Source: Bacilli bacterium (GTDB taxonomy: Bacteria; Bacillota_I; Bacilli_A; RFN20; DUOF01). Taken from it: DNA of 64,000 nucleotides. Of this stretch, positions 1 through 9,864 are shown in pieces. Within the stretch, counting starts at the first letter, position 1. The number at the start of each line of letters is the position of its first letter. The translations under genes and the position numbers were made by a program. Location: the NCBI GenBank assembly GCA_017517765.1, contig JAFWYE010000010.1:2432-66431 (forward strand), in the 5' to 3' direction. The notes below the pieces were generated by a model, which was not told the origin of the DNA, made no database searches, and saw only the letters and a program-made list of their open reading frames with translations.

Positions 1-429
1 AAACACGATGGTGTTATTTACTATACAATTGGACAAAGAAAAGGTTTAGGAATAGGTGGAATAAAAGGTGTTACGCCTGGTAGTTATTTTGTTGTTAGTA
101 AAGATGTAAATGAAAATATTTTATATGTTGCAAAGGGCGATGATAATGATTATTTATTGGCTGATTCATGTCTAGTTGAAGATCTTAACTGGATCGATGA
201 TGAAGTAGAAATGGATAATTTAGAATGTTGTGCTAAGTTTAGATATAGACAAGAAGATAAAGAAGTAACTTTAAAAAGAGTTGATGATAGTCATGTTATG
301 GTTTATTGCAAGAATCCAATAAAGTCTATTACTAGTGGACAAGCAGCTGTATTTTATTTAGGAGAAGAATGCCTTGGTGGAGGAACTATCTGTAAGGTGT
401 ATCGTAATGGAAAGTTGTTAAAGTGTTAG
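1..429 (+). CDS. mnmA: tRNA 2-thiouridine(34) synthase MnmA, C-terminal fragment (5' end lies outside the window)
   Basis: Frame 1 is open from base 1. The translation KHDGVIYYTIGQRKGLGIGG... matches the conserved MnmA/TrmU C-terminal region. recD2 follows, as in Bacillus. Confidence 0.75.
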   Translation, partial: KHDGVIYYTIGQRKGLGIGGIKGVTPGSYFVVSKDVNENILYVAKGDDNDYLLADSCLVEDLNWIDDEVEMDNLECCAKFRYRQEDKEVTLKRVDDSHVMVYCKNPIKSITSGQAAVFYLGEECLGGGTICKVYRNGKLLKC

Positions 430-430
430 T

Positions 431-2590
431 ATGGATGAGGTAATTGGAAAATTAAAAGTAGTAGTTTTTCACAATAATGAAAACCTATATAGTGTAATTA
501 AAATAAAAACAGATGAAGATGATAAATACCTTACGGTTGTAGGGAATTTTTCTATACCCAATAATACTAATAATTATAAATATTATGGAGAGTATTATAA
601 TCATCCAAGATTTGGTACTCAATTTGTTGCTACTAGGCATGAGGAATTATTACCATCAAGTAAGGAGGAAACACTTAGATATTTATCTTCTCCATTATTT
701 AAAAGTATTGGATTAAAAACTGCTACAAAAATAGTTGATGCTTTAGGAGAAGATGCGTTAGAACAAATAAAGATAAATCCTAATATTTTGAATAGTATTG
801 TAAGTGCAAAGCAAAAGGAAAGCATTGTTTCTCAACTAACTGAAGCTGATTATTTTGATGAAGCTATCAAATTATTTATGATGGATGGATTATCTATGAA
901 GATGCTACTTAAAATCAGAAGTGTATATCAAGATGAGATGATTTCTAAAGTAAAAGCAAATCCATATAAATTAGTTGAAGATATAGATGGATTTGGTTTC
1001 AAATTAGCAGATGCACTAGCTAATAAACTGGGTTTTGAAGAACTAGATCCTAATAGAATTATGGCTGCATTATTGCATAGTGCTAATCAAGCAACCTTTG
1101 AGAGCAGTTCAACTTATACTAGTTTAGAAGCGATAATATATAATTTCAAAAAGATAATTCCTAATGTTGATGATACTAGTATTGATTATTATATAGCGAT
1201 GCTAATGAGGGATGGGAAACTTTATAAAGAAGATGATAAGTATTATCCATACAAACAATATGAAGCGGAAATCATTAATTCTAAGGTTATATCTAGGTTT
1301 GTAAAAAGAATCATTAATGAAATACCAAGAAGTGATTTAGAAAAGAGTATTTCTGAAATAGAAAAAGATATAAATATCACCTATGATGATGATCAAAAAG
1401 AGTCTATTATAAATTGTATTAATAGTGGTATCTCAATAATTACAGGTGGTCCTGGTACAGGAAAAACTACTATTATAGATGCTATTATTCAAGTGTATGA
1501 TTTATTGTATCCTAAAAATAAAATCATTTTGGCTGCTCCTACTGGAAGAGCTAGTAAAAGGCTCTCTTTAATTACAGGACATAAAGCTGCTACTATTCAT
1601 AGCCATTTGAAATGGGATTTACATTCCAATACATTCTCTATTAATAAAGATAATCCTCTTCAGGGAGATTTATTAATCATAGATGAATTTTCAATGGTAG
1701 ATAATATTCTTTTATCTAAATTATTAGATGCAAGTATGAACATATCACAAATTATTATAGTAGGAGATTCTGATCAATTACCATCAGTAGGCCCAGGAAA
1801 TGTATTACATGATTTAATCGATTCAGATTTAATTAATGTAATTAAGTTAAATAAGATATATAGGCAAGATGAGGTATCTAATATTATAAAACTTGCTCAT
1901 CATATAAAAAATAGTGAAGATATAAGTGAAGATTTTGAAAATGATGTAACATTTTATGAGACAAATAATATTAATATTAAAAATACAATTTTAGAATATA
2001 TAAAGCTTGCCAATAAAAAAGGATATACTCAAGATGATATTCAAGTAGTTGCTCCTATGTATAGCGGGGTAAATGGTATAGATAATATTAATATGATGTT
2101 ACAAGAATACTTTAATCCTAGAGATGAATTTAAACTAGAAATTAAACATGGTAGTGTTATATATAGAGAAGGAGATAAGATACTTCAATTAAAGAATCAA
2201 AATGAAGATGATGTATATAATGGGGATATTGGAACTTTAATTAGTATTGAGGATGATAAAGACAGTAAGGGTAAAAAGTTAGTAGTAGATTTCGATGGTA
2301 ACTTAGTAGAGTATAGTAAGGGAGATTTAATTAATATTAGACATGCTTATTGTATAAGTGTACATAAGTCTCAAGGAAGTGAGTATCCATTAATTATTGC
2401 TCCATTTAGTTATAACTATCAAAGAATGTTAGCTAAAAATCTTGTTTATACTGCTATTACAAGAGCAAGAAAGAAACTTGTTTTAGTAGGTGATTATAAT
2501 TCATTTTTATATGGTGTTAATAATGAAAAGTATCAAAAAAGATATACTGGGTTAAAAGAAAGATTAATAAAAAGTGTAAATAATTTATAA
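431..2590 (+). CDS. recD2: ATP-dependent RecD-like DNA helicase (RecD2/YrrC type)
   Basis: 719 aa. Walker A GGPGTGKTT, Walker B LLIIDEFSMVD, SF1 motifs VGDSDQLPSVGPG and a C-terminal SVHKSQGSE...YTAITRARKKL. Confidence 0.85.
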   Translation: MDEVIGKLKVVVFHNNENLYSVIKIKTDEDDKYLTVVGNFSIPNNTNNYKYYGEYYNHPRFGTQFVATRHEELLPSSKEETLRYLSSPLFKSIGLKTATKIVDALGEDALEQIKINPNILNSIVSAKQKESIVSQLTEADYFDEAIKLFMMDGLSMKMLLKIRSVYQDEMISKVKANPYKLVEDIDGFGFKLADALANKLGFEELDPNRIMAALLHSANQATFESSSTYTSLEAIIYNFKKIIPNVDDTSIDYYIAMLMRDGKLYKEDDKYYPYKQYEAEIINSKVISRFVKRIINEIPRSDLEKSISEIEKDINITYDDDQKESIINCINSGISIITGGPGTGKTTIIDAIIQVYDLLYPKNKIILAAPTGRASKRLSLITGHKAATIHSHLKWDLHSNTFSINKDNPLQGDLLIIDEFSMVDNILLSKLLDASMNISQIIIVGDSDQLPSVGPGNVLHDLIDSDLINVIKLNKIYRQDEVSNIIKLAHHIKNSEDISEDFENDVTFYETNNINIKNTILEYIKLANKKGYTQDDIQVVAPMYSGVNGIDNINMMLQEYFNPRDEFKLEIKHGSVIYREGDKILQLKNQNEDDVYNGDIGTLISIEDDKDSKGKKLVVDFDGNLVEYSKGDLINIRHAYCISVHKSQGSEYPLIIAPFSYNYQRMLAKNLVYTAITRARKKLVLVGDYNSFLYGVNNEKYQKRYTGLKERLIKSVNNL

Positions 2591-3631
2591 TTGATAAAAA
2601 TAATATGGGTGATTATTATAAAAAGAATAACAAACATATTATTTTTTATTTTACTTTTAATAGGAATAGTTTACTTATTAGATACACTAGGAATTATTGG
2701 TTTTATATCTGGATTATTTAAGGTGGTTATGCCTATTATTGTAGGGCTATTTATAAGTATTGTTATAGAAAGTGTAATATCGAGATTTGTAAATAAAGGA
2801 TATCAAAGAAAGTGGGTTGTAATAATAACCTATATATGTATGATATTATTACTAATCTTATCTATAGTGCTTGTTTCACCTAGTATAATTAAACAAGTTA
2901 AGGTGTTTTTAACTACATTGCCTTTACTAATAACTAATATTAATAATTTGTTAGTACAATATCATATTGATTTAACTAATCTAATAAATTTAACTGACTT
3001 TAAATTTGATAAGATTATTAGTTATGTAGGAGGTGGATTTTCTATTATTTTTAATATTGGTATAACTATTTCGAGTGCTTTTTTTATTTCTTATGATTAT
3101 CCAAAAGTAAAAGAAAAAGTAAAAGGATTAATACCAAATATCATAAAAAAAGAAGTTATATATTTCTTTTCTAAATATTTACCTTTTTTTTCAAAATATA
3201 TTTATTCATTACTAATTGATAGCTTAATAACTTTTGCAATTTCATTTTTACTATTTATATTATTTGGAATAGATTATTCTCTTATTGGGGCTCTTATTAT
3301 AACTATTACTAATTTAATTCCTTATATTGGTCCTATATTAGGAACCATACCACTTTTTATTATAGGATATAGTGTCTCTCCATATTTTGCTGTTACAAGC
3401 TTAATAATTGTTTTAATAGTGCAAATTATTGAATCTAATATAATTCAACCTCTTATATTTAGAAACGTAATCAAGATTCATCCACTTGAAGGAATAATTG
3501 GAGTTTTAGTTTTTTCTTACTTGTTTTCAGTAATTGGTATGATATTATCTCCATTACTAGTGGTTGCTTTCAAATTGCTATTTATTGAGAAATATAATAG
3601 TGAGTCACATCTTGGGGAGGAAAGCATATAA
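2591..3631 (+). CDS. AI-2E (PerM/UPF0118) family membrane transporter
   Basis: 346 aa and polytopic. The C-terminal LIPYIGPILGTIP...IQPLIF pattern is typical of the family. The start (TTG 2591 or GTG 2609) is uncertain. Confidence 0.7.
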   Translation: MIKIIWVIIIKRITNILFFILLLIGIVYLLDTLGIIGFISGLFKVVMPIIVGLFISIVIESVISRFVNKGYQRKWVVIITYICMILLLILSIVLVSPSIIKQVKVFLTTLPLLITNINNLLVQYHIDLTNLINLTDFKFDKIISYVGGGFSIIFNIGITISSAFFISYDYPKVKEKVKGLIPNIIKKEVIYFFSKYLPFFSKYIYSLLIDSLITFAISFLLFILFGIDYSLIGALIITITNLIPYIGPILGTIPLFIIGYSVSPYFAVTSLIIVLIVQIIESNIIQPLIFRNVIKIHPLEGIIGVLVFSYLFSVIGMILSPLLVVAFKLLFIEKYNSESHLGEESI

Positions 3632-3659
3632 TAGAGTGAAAACAAAGGAGGTACTAGTT

Positions 3660-3779
3660 GTGAATAATACAGGTTGTGGATGTCAAACTTATGGCGGAAA
3701 TAGTAGTTATGGAAATGGCTTTTTAGTAATCTTAATATTGTTTATTTTACTTGCTATACTTGGCTGTTATTTCTTATAG
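3660..3779 (+). CDS. YjcZ-like tiny sporulation membrane protein (39 aa)
   Basis: GTG start 8 nt after the RBS AAAGGAGG (3644-3651). The product VNNTGCGCQTYGGNSSYGNGFLVILILFILLAILGCYFL has a Gly/Tyr-rich head and the FILLxI tail of the tiny-TM YjcZ family. A terminator follows. Confidence 0.45.
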   Translation: MNNTGCGCQTYGGNSSYGNGFLVILILFILLAILGCYFL

Positions 3780-3800
3780 TTTGTAGAATTGAAGTTATAT

Positions 3801-3825
3801 AAGAGGTAGGAATACCTCTTTTTTA
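3801..3825 (+). terminator. Rho-independent terminator
   Basis: Stem aagaggta / tacctctt, loop ggaa, followed by a T-run. Confidence 0.7.
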
Positions 3826-3874
3826 ATTGATTATACATTAATTTAGTTGTATCCTTATTGTGGGTTGTGAATAT

Positions 3875-5455
3875 ATGTATATAGTGAGTAATGTAAAAAT
3901 TGAAATAAATGAGAATAATATTAAAGAAGTTATTTCTAAAAAATTAAAAGTATCTTCTAATGATATTATTTCTTTTTCTTATTATAAAAAAGCAATTGAT
4001 GCAAGAGATAAAAATCATGTTTTCTATATATGTCATTTTTTAGTAGATGTAAAGAAAAATGTTATAGGAAAAGTAAGTAAAAACAAAGATGTAAAAATTT
4101 ATAAGCCATATATTTTAGAAACTTCTAAGATAACTACAGACAAGAAAATATATATAATAGGCAGTGGCCCTTCTGGATTATTTACCAGTTATGTATTAGC
4201 TCTTAATGGAATAAAAAATATAGTTATTGAAAGAGGAAGTAAGGTAGAAAAAAGAATCAATGATGTAAATGAAATATTTACTACTGGCATAATTAATCCA
4301 AATAGTAATCTTCAATTTGGTGAGGGAGGGGCTGGAACATTTAGTGATGGTAAACTAACTACAAATATAAATGATGAAAGAATAGAGTTTATCAAAAATA
4401 CTTTTATAAAATTTGGGGCTCATGAAGATATTTATTATATGTCAAAGCCTCATATTGGTAGTGATGTACTAGTAGAGGTAGTAAAAAATATGAGAGAAGA
4501 ACTTATCAAAATGGGAGTGGAATTTCATTTTGATACAACTCTTGTAGACTTTAATATAGATGAAGGTAAGATTAGTGATATATATTTAAAAAATAATGAA
4601 ACTGGTACCATATCAAACAAGAAATGTGATCTTTTGATTTTGGCTACCGGTCATAGTGCTAGAGATATTTACTACATGTTAGATAAACATAATATATATC
4701 TAGAGAAAAAACCATTTTCTATTGGAGTGAGAATTGAACATAAAAAAGAAGATATTGATAAAGCTCAATATGGAGAGAAGTACTATAAATATTTACCTGC
4801 TGCAGATTATAAATTGGCTGTTCATTTGGACAACAATAGATCCTTATATTCTTTTTGTATGTGCCCTGGAGGAGTTGTGGTAGCTAGTGGTAGTGAAGAT
4901 GGCTATATTGTTACAAATGGTATGAGTTATAATGCTAGAAATAAAGAGAATTCAAATAGTGCACTATTAGTGAATGTAAATGAAGATGATTTGGAAGAAG
5001 ACCTTTTTGGGGGTATTAGATTTCAAGAAAAATATGAAAAACTAGCATATGAAATATCAATGAGTAATAAAGCTCCATGCCAATTGTTTGGCGATTTAAT
5101 TAATAATGTTAGTTCAACAAACTATAAGAGTATTAAGCCTTCCTATCTTCCCGGTGTTACATTTACAAATTTAAGAAATTGTTTGCCTGATTTTGTTATT
5201 GATACTCTGATTAAAGGAATTCCTCTTATGGATAAGAAAATAAAAGGATTTGCTAATCCTGATGCCTTGTTAACTGCTCCTGAAACTAGAAGTAGTAGTC
5301 CAATAAGAATTGTTAGAGATGAATCATATCAAACTAATATTAAAGGAATATTTCCATGTGGTGAAGGAAGTGGATATTCTTCAGGAATTACTACAAGTGC
5401 ACTAGATGGAATAAGAGTAGCTAATAAAGTAATAAAAGATATATTAAATAATTAA
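3875..5455 (+). CDS. FAD-dependent oxidoreductase (COG2509-type uncharacterised dehydrogenase)
   Basis: Dinucleotide-binding motif IIGSGPSGLF and the family-typical FCMCPGGVVVASGSEDGYIVTNGMS. ATG 3875 is preferred over the upstream GTG 3860. Confidence 0.7.
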   Translation: MYIVSNVKIEINENNIKEVISKKLKVSSNDIISFSYYKKAIDARDKNHVFYICHFLVDVKKNVIGKVSKNKDVKIYKPYILETSKITTDKKIYIIGSGPSGLFTSYVLALNGIKNIVIERGSKVEKRINDVNEIFTTGIINPNSNLQFGEGGAGTFSDGKLTTNINDERIEFIKNTFIKFGAHEDIYYMSKPHIGSDVLVEVVKNMREELIKMGVEFHFDTTLVDFNIDEGKISDIYLKNNETGTISNKKCDLLILATGHSARDIYYMLDKHNIYLEKKPFSIGVRIEHKKEDIDKAQYGEKYYKYLPAADYKLAVHLDNNRSLYSFCMCPGGVVVASGSEDGYIVTNGMSYNARNKENSNSALLVNVNEDDLEEDLFGGIRFQEKYEKLAYEISMSNKAPCQLFGDLINNVSSTNYKSIKPSYLPGVTFTNLRNCLPDFVIDTLIKGIPLMDKKIKGFANPDALLTAPETRSSSPIRIVRDESYQTNIKGIFPCGEGSGYSSGITTSALDGIRVANKVIKDILNN

Positions 5456-5462
5456 ATAGTAC

Positions 5463-5491
5463 TTGCATTAACTATCTAAATTTGGTAGTAT
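5463..5491 (+). promoter_or_regulatory. Candidate sigma-A promoter of rplS
   Basis: -35 TTGCAT (5463-5468), 17-nt spacer, extended -10 TGgTAGTAT (5483-5491). Confidence 0.4.
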
Positions 5492-5575
5492 ATTAACGCT
5501 TTGTGCTGCAGGTGGTCCGCTTATAGTCACATTAATGAACACCCTAAGATATGGATGAATGGGAGGATGTAATTT
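5492..5575 (+). promoter_or_regulatory. rplS 5' leader, possible L19 autoregulatory leader
   Basis: About 85 nt of structured, relatively GC-rich untranslated RNA (gctgcaggtggtccgc...) between the promoter and the RBS GGGAGG. Firmicutes carry an L19 leader at this position. The fold was not verified. Confidence 0.3.
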
Positions 5576-5926
5576 ATGAATATGAATTTAGTAAATGAAA
5601 TTACAGCTAGCCAAATTAGAACTGATATCCCTGAGTTCTCATCTGGAGATACAGTTAGAGTTCATGTAAAAATCATCGAAGGAGACAAATCTCGTATCCA
5701 AGTATACGAAGGTGTAGTTATGTCTACTAGAGGTAGTGGAGTTAGTAAAACTTTCACTGTTAGAAAGATTTCTGCTGGACAAGTTGGCGTTGAAAGAACT
5801 TTCTTCTATAACTCACCAGTAATTGCTAAGATTGAAGTAGTAAGAAGAGGTAAAGTTAGAAGAAATAAGATTTCTTACTTACGTAAGTTATCAGGTAAAG
5901 CTGCAAGAATTAAAGAAGAACAATAA
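5576..5926 (+). CDS. rplS: 50S ribosomal protein L19
   Basis: 116 aa. The [26 protein letters not shown]...VRKIS.GVGVERTF pattern is unmistakable. Confidence 0.95.
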   Translation: MNMNLVNEITASQIRTDIPEFSSGDTVRVHVKIIEGDKSRIQVYEGVVMSTRGSGVSKTFTVRKISAGQVGVERTFFYNSPVIAKIEVVRRGKVRRNKISYLRKLSGKAARIKEEQ

Positions 5927-5933
5927 AAGTGAC

Positions 5934-5966
5934 AAAGAAACCCATGGTTGGGTTTCTTTTTTTTTC
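5934..5966 (+). terminator. Rho-independent terminator after rplS
   Basis: 11-bp stem aaagaaaccca / tgggtttcttt, loop tggt, long T-run. Confidence 0.8.
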
Positions 5967-5999
5967 TTATTTATATTATAATTTTATTGGGTGACACTT

Positions 6000-6542
6000 A
6001 TGGAAAAATATTGTGAGATAATCAGTAAATCATTAATCGATTTTGAAGAAATTAAAATGATACTAGCGAATAATAATGTGATGCTAATAAGTGGTAACCA
6101 AATTAATGATAGGGTATTTTTAAAAAATGGAGTTTCTTTATCTAGTTCTAATTATAAAACTATCGTAGATAATTCTATTGTTATTTCTAGTGTAAATGAC
6201 AAAAAATACCTTTTATATACAACTGGAGACTCTTATAATAAGCAAAGTAGTAAAATTGAAATTGTTAATGAAAAAGATTGCGAAGAATTTTTAAATCATA
6301 TTGGATTTAAAGAAACATTTGAAGTTGATGCTGATTGTTATACTTATTCAGATGGAAATAATAGTTTAAATATTATTAATCTTATAAATATTGGGCTATA
6401 TGTAAGTGTGAGAAAAGAAAATGCAACAGTAGATGAACTAAGGGAAATATTATCTTCATTTAATATTCCTTATGATGAGGCAGTTGTTGATGAGTCTATT
6501 GAAAAATTATGTGTAAATAAATTAAGGAGGCAGATGAAATGA
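6000..6542 (+). CDS. Hypothetical protein (about 180 aa), possibly a degenerate CYTH-like fold
   Basis: Clean ORF overlapping the lepB start by 4 nt (ATGA). No diagnostic motif. The C-terminal FLNHIGFKETFEV...LYVSV only loosely resembles CYTH domains. Confidence 0.5.
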   Translation: MEKYCEIISKSLIDFEEIKMILANNNVMLISGNQINDRVFLKNGVSLSSSNYKTIVDNSIVISSVNDKKYLLYTTGDSYNKQSSKIEIVNEKDCEEFLNHIGFKETFEVDADCYTYSDGNNSLNIINLINIGLYVSVRKENATVDELREILSSFNIPYDEAVVDESIEKLCVNKLRRQMK

Positions 6543-7255
6543 AAAAAACTTGTTCTGTATGTAATGGGAGAGTTAAATTTGATGTCGAAACTCAAAAATA
6601 TAAGTGTATAAAGTGTGGCCAAGAATATTTGGAATCTGTTACAAGTGAAGTTAAAGAAAAGGAATCTAAAGAAGAAAAAGATCCTAAAGAAATGATTAAA
6701 TCTATAGTTAGTTGGGTATTAACTATTGTTATATGTTTAGTTAGTGCTAAATTATTTACTACTTTTGTAATAAGTAGTGTTGAGGTAGATGGTACATCAA
6801 TGTATTCAACTTTGGATGATGGTGATAAGGCATTAACTGATGCATTATTTTATAAAATGGGTAAGATTAATAGATTTGATATTGTAATTATAAAAATGGA
6901 TAGTGGTCCACATAAGGGTGAAAAACTAGTTAAAAGAGTTATTGCATTACCTGGGGAGACAATAGAGTATAAAAATAGCACTTTATATATAAATGGTGAA
7001 GTTGTTGAGGAAGACTTTATTGTTGATTTAGCTAAAGAAGCTACGGGTACTATAATTGAAACAAAATTAGGTGAAGATGAATATTTTGTTTTAGGAGATA
7101 ATAGAGGGGCTTCAAGTGATTCTAGAAGATTTGGAGCAGTTGAAAAAAGTGAAATTAAGGGTAGAGGTCTTTTAAGATTTATGGTTTGTACTAAAAAGGA
7201 TAGTAATGGAGAGTGTAGCAAACGTAAGTTTATTTGGCCTAGTGTAGTAGATTAG
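6539..7255 (+). CDS. lepB: Signal peptidase I (S26) with an N-terminal CxxC...CxxC zinc ribbon
   Basis: Catalytic boxes GTSMYSTL, VKRVIALPGE and GDNRGASSDSR. One TM segment follows the N-terminal CSVCNGRV...CIKCGQ. Confidence 0.85.
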   Translation: MKKTCSVCNGRVKFDVETQKYKCIKCGQEYLESVTSEVKEKESKEEKDPKEMIKSIVSWVLTIVICLVSAKLFTTFVISSVEVDGTSMYSTLDDGDKALTDALFYKMGKINRFDIVIIKMDSGPHKGEKLVKRVIALPGETIEYKNSTLYINGEVVEEDFIVDLAKEATGTIIETKLGEDEYFVLGDNRGASSDSRRFGAVEKSEIKGRGLLRFMVCTKKDSNGECSKRKFIWPSVVD

Positions 7256-7281
7256 TAGATTTAAAATTGGAGGTGAATATA

Positions 7282-8139
7282 GTGAGTGAACAAAATGCAT
7301 CAAAAATGAATATAAATTGGTTTCCAGGGCACATGTCTAAATCGTTAAGAGAAATAGAAACTAATTTGAAACTTGTAGATATTATTATAGAAATTGTAGA
7401 TGCCAGAGCTCCTGTATCTAGTAGAAATCCAGAGATTATAAAATATAATAAGCCAAGATTACTTATTTTATCTAAGAAAGATTTAGCGGATGAAAATAGT
7501 GTTAAAAAATGGTTAGAATATTTTAAAAGTGATAATAGTCTTGCAATTGCTATGGATTTAAATAAAGGATTTAATGAAAAAGTTGTTATAAATAGCATTA
7601 ATACTTTAATGAAAGAAAAAATAGAAAAAGATTTAAAAAGAGGAATAAGAAATAGAACTATTAGAGCACTAGTTGTAGGAATTCCTAATGTAGGAAAATC
7701 TACTTTTATAAATAAAATGGCACATAAAAAGGCTGCAGGAGTTGGAAATACTCCTGGATTCACAAAGAGTTTAAAATGGGTTAATACTGCAAATGTAGAT
7801 TTACTTGATACTCCTGGTGTTTTATGGCCAAAATTTGATGAGAGTACTGGTATTAAGTTAGCTCTTATTGGAACTATAAAAGAAGAAATATTAGATCAAG
7901 ATACCTTATCAAATTTACTTATTAATCTATTAATTGATAAATATGATAAAGAACTTGAGAAAAGATATAATTTGAATGAATATTCAAAAGAAAATATATA
8001 TGAATGTATTTGTAGGAGCAGAGGACTATTACTAAAAAATAATGTTTTAGATATTTCTCGTGCTAAATATCTAGTATTAAAAGAATTTAAAGAAGGGTTA
8101 ATTGCTAAAGTATGTTTAGAGTTACCAGGTGAACAATAA
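7282..8139 (+). CDS. rbgA: Ribosome biogenesis GTPase A (YlqF)
   Basis: NWFPGHM signature and a circularly permuted GTPase (KKDL...GIPNVGKST...DTPG). GTG 7282 follows the RBS GGAGGTG. Confidence 0.85.
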   Translation: MSEQNASKMNINWFPGHMSKSLREIETNLKLVDIIIEIVDARAPVSSRNPEIIKYNKPRLLILSKKDLADENSVKKWLEYFKSDNSLAIAMDLNKGFNEKVVINSINTLMKEKIEKDLKRGIRNRTIRALVVGIPNVGKSTFINKMAHKKAAGVGNTPGFTKSLKWVNTANVDLLDTPGVLWPKFDESTGIKLALIGTIKEEILDQDTLSNLLINLLIDKYDKELEKRYNLNEYSKENIYECICRSRGLLLKNNVLDISRAKYLVLKEFKEGLIAKVCLELPGEQ

Positions 8140-8762
8140 TGGCTTCAATGGAATATGAAAATAAGTACTATGAACTTGGTTACAAAAGTGTTATGGGAAT
8201 AGATGAAGCAGGTAGAGGGCCTCTTGCTGGTCCACTTGTAGTTGCAGGTGTTATATTTCCTAAGGGTTATGAAAATAGCCTTATAAATGATTCTAAGCAG
8301 TTAAGTGAAGCAAAAAGAGAATCATTATATGAAGTGATTAAAAAAGATGCATTACATATTATAGTCAAAATTATTGATGAAAGAACTATTGATAAATTAG
8401 ATATTTATCATGCAACCAAATGGGCTATGGAAGAAATAGTTAAAGAAGCTAATGATAAATGTGATGCAGTATTAGTAGATGCAATGAAAATAGAGGTCAA
8501 GGATAAAGAGATATTACCACTAGTTCATGGTGATGCTCTTTCAACTTCAATTGCAGGAGCTTCAATTATTGCTAAAGTTACTAGGGATCATATAATGTAT
8601 GAGTTAGATAAAAAATATCCTGAATATGACTTTAAAAATAATAAAGGGTATGGAACAAAAAAACATATGGAAGCGATTGATAAGTATGGTATAAGAGAAT
8701 GTCATAGAATGTCTTTTGCTCCGGTATATAAAGCAGCAAGTCAAATGAAATTAGATATATAA
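8139..8762 (+). CDS. rnhB: Ribonuclease HII
   Basis: GIDEAGRGPLAGPLV active-site motif. The rbgA-rnhB order is conserved in Bacillota. Confidence 0.9.
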   Translation: MASMEYENKYYELGYKSVMGIDEAGRGPLAGPLVVAGVIFPKGYENSLINDSKQLSEAKRESLYEVIKKDALHIIVKIIDERTIDKLDIYHATKWAMEEIVKEANDKCDAVLVDAMKIEVKDKEILPLVHGDALSTSIAGASIIAKVTRDHIMYELDKKYPEYDFKNNKGYGTKKHMEAIDKYGIRECHRMSFAPVYKAASQMKLDI

Positions 8763-8775
8763 GAAGGTGATTTAG

Positions 8776-9864
8776 GTGAAAATAGAGTTTGAAACAAAAA
8801 TAAATGAACTATTAAACTATTTTCATTCTAATAATATAGAGGCATATCTTGTAGGTGGATTTATTAGAGATTATTTAACTAATAAAACTTGCTATGATTT
8901 AGACTTTTGCCTTGTTTCCTCTTATAAAGAAGCCTTGGATGCATTGAAATCTAAATATAGACTTGAACATATCGATGAATATGGTTGTATCAAGTTTAAA
9001 ATAGGTGAATATGATATTGAGATTACTCATGCAAGAAAAGAAAGAGAGTATCTTGATTATAGACATCCATATGTAATTGAATTTACAAGTGATTTAAGTA
9101 TAGATTGTTTGAGAAGAGATTTTACTATTAATGCTTTGTATTATAAAGATGGAGAGTTTTATGATTTTTGTGGTGCAATGGAAGATATAAAAAGTAAAAC
9201 TCTAAGAGTAATAGGTGATACATTAACAAGATTTAAAGAAGACCCATTAAGAATACTTAGAATGATAAGATTTTCTTGTTATGATTTTGATATATCTATC
9301 AATGATAAACAAATTATTAAAGATAATGCTTATTTATTAAAAGAACTTAGTGAAACATCTTTTAATAAAGAATTTGATAAGATATTAATGCTTAATAATC
9401 TATATATAATTAATGAATATAAAGATCTATTTGAAAATTATTTTGACATTAAAATAAAAAAACTAATTAATCTCAATAAACTAACTTCCCTAGAAGAAAA
9501 GAAGACTTTTTTAGGTATTAAAAATAAATCTAATTTGTATAAATATCGTGATTTAAAATTATATAAAGATAAGTTTGAAATTAATAAACTTATTTACAAA
9601 TATGGTGATACAGTAATTAAGGAATTATTATCTTATGATGATAAGCTTAATGAAAGAGGGCTAATGAGCATTTATAATGATATTATTCTTAATGGATATT
9701 ATTCGAAAAAGGATTTAAAGATAAATCCTAATAAGATAATAGAACTAACTAATAAAAAAGAGTTAACAAGCTATTACATTGATATGATTTCCTATGAGAT
9801 TATGAAAGGAAACTTAATTAATGAAGAAAAAGAAATAATAAAATTTTTAGAAAGGTTGATATAA
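8776..9864 (+). CDS. cca: CCA-adding enzyme / poly(A) polymerase-family tRNA nucleotidyltransferase
   Basis: YLVGGFIRDYL...DLDF head-domain motifs and RRDFTINAL. Confidence 0.6.
   Translation: MKIEFETKINELLNYFHSNNIEAYLVGGFIRDYLTNKTCYDLDFCLVSSYKEALDALKSKYRLEHIDEYGCIKFKIGEYDIEITHARKEREYLDYRHPYVIEFTSDLSIDCLRRDFTINALYYKDGEFYDFCGAMEDIKSKTLRVIGDTLTRFKEDPLRILRMIRFSCYDFDISINDKQIIKDNAYLLKELSETSFNKEFDKILMLNNLYIINEYKDLFENYFDIKIKKLINLNKLTSLEEKKTFLGIKNKSNLYKYRDLKLYKDKFEINKLIYKYGDTVIKELLSYDDKLNERGLMSIYNDIILNGYYSKKDLKINPNKIIELTNKKELTSYYIDMISYEIMKGNLINEEKEIIKFLERLI

Noticed and set aside
7239-7763. 174-aa minus-strand ORF. The same reasoning covers the other embedded ORFs in the track: 619-825, 6850-7221, 9875-10288, 12124-12447, 12497-12760, 21122-21373, 22338-22523, 22999-23190, 24188-24412, 27646-27942, 28420-28665, 28691-28903, 30520-30729, 30836-31117, 34709-34966, 36256-36531, 40152-40370, 42833-43168, 44646-44988, 45757-46083, 46225-46419, 46576-46788, 54899-55318 and 60760-60966.
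   Set aside because: All lie entirely inside or antisense to genes with clear family motifs. Their translations are low-complexity Ser/Leu/Ile/Phe-rich, which is typical of the reverse frames of AT-rich genes. None has a credible RBS.
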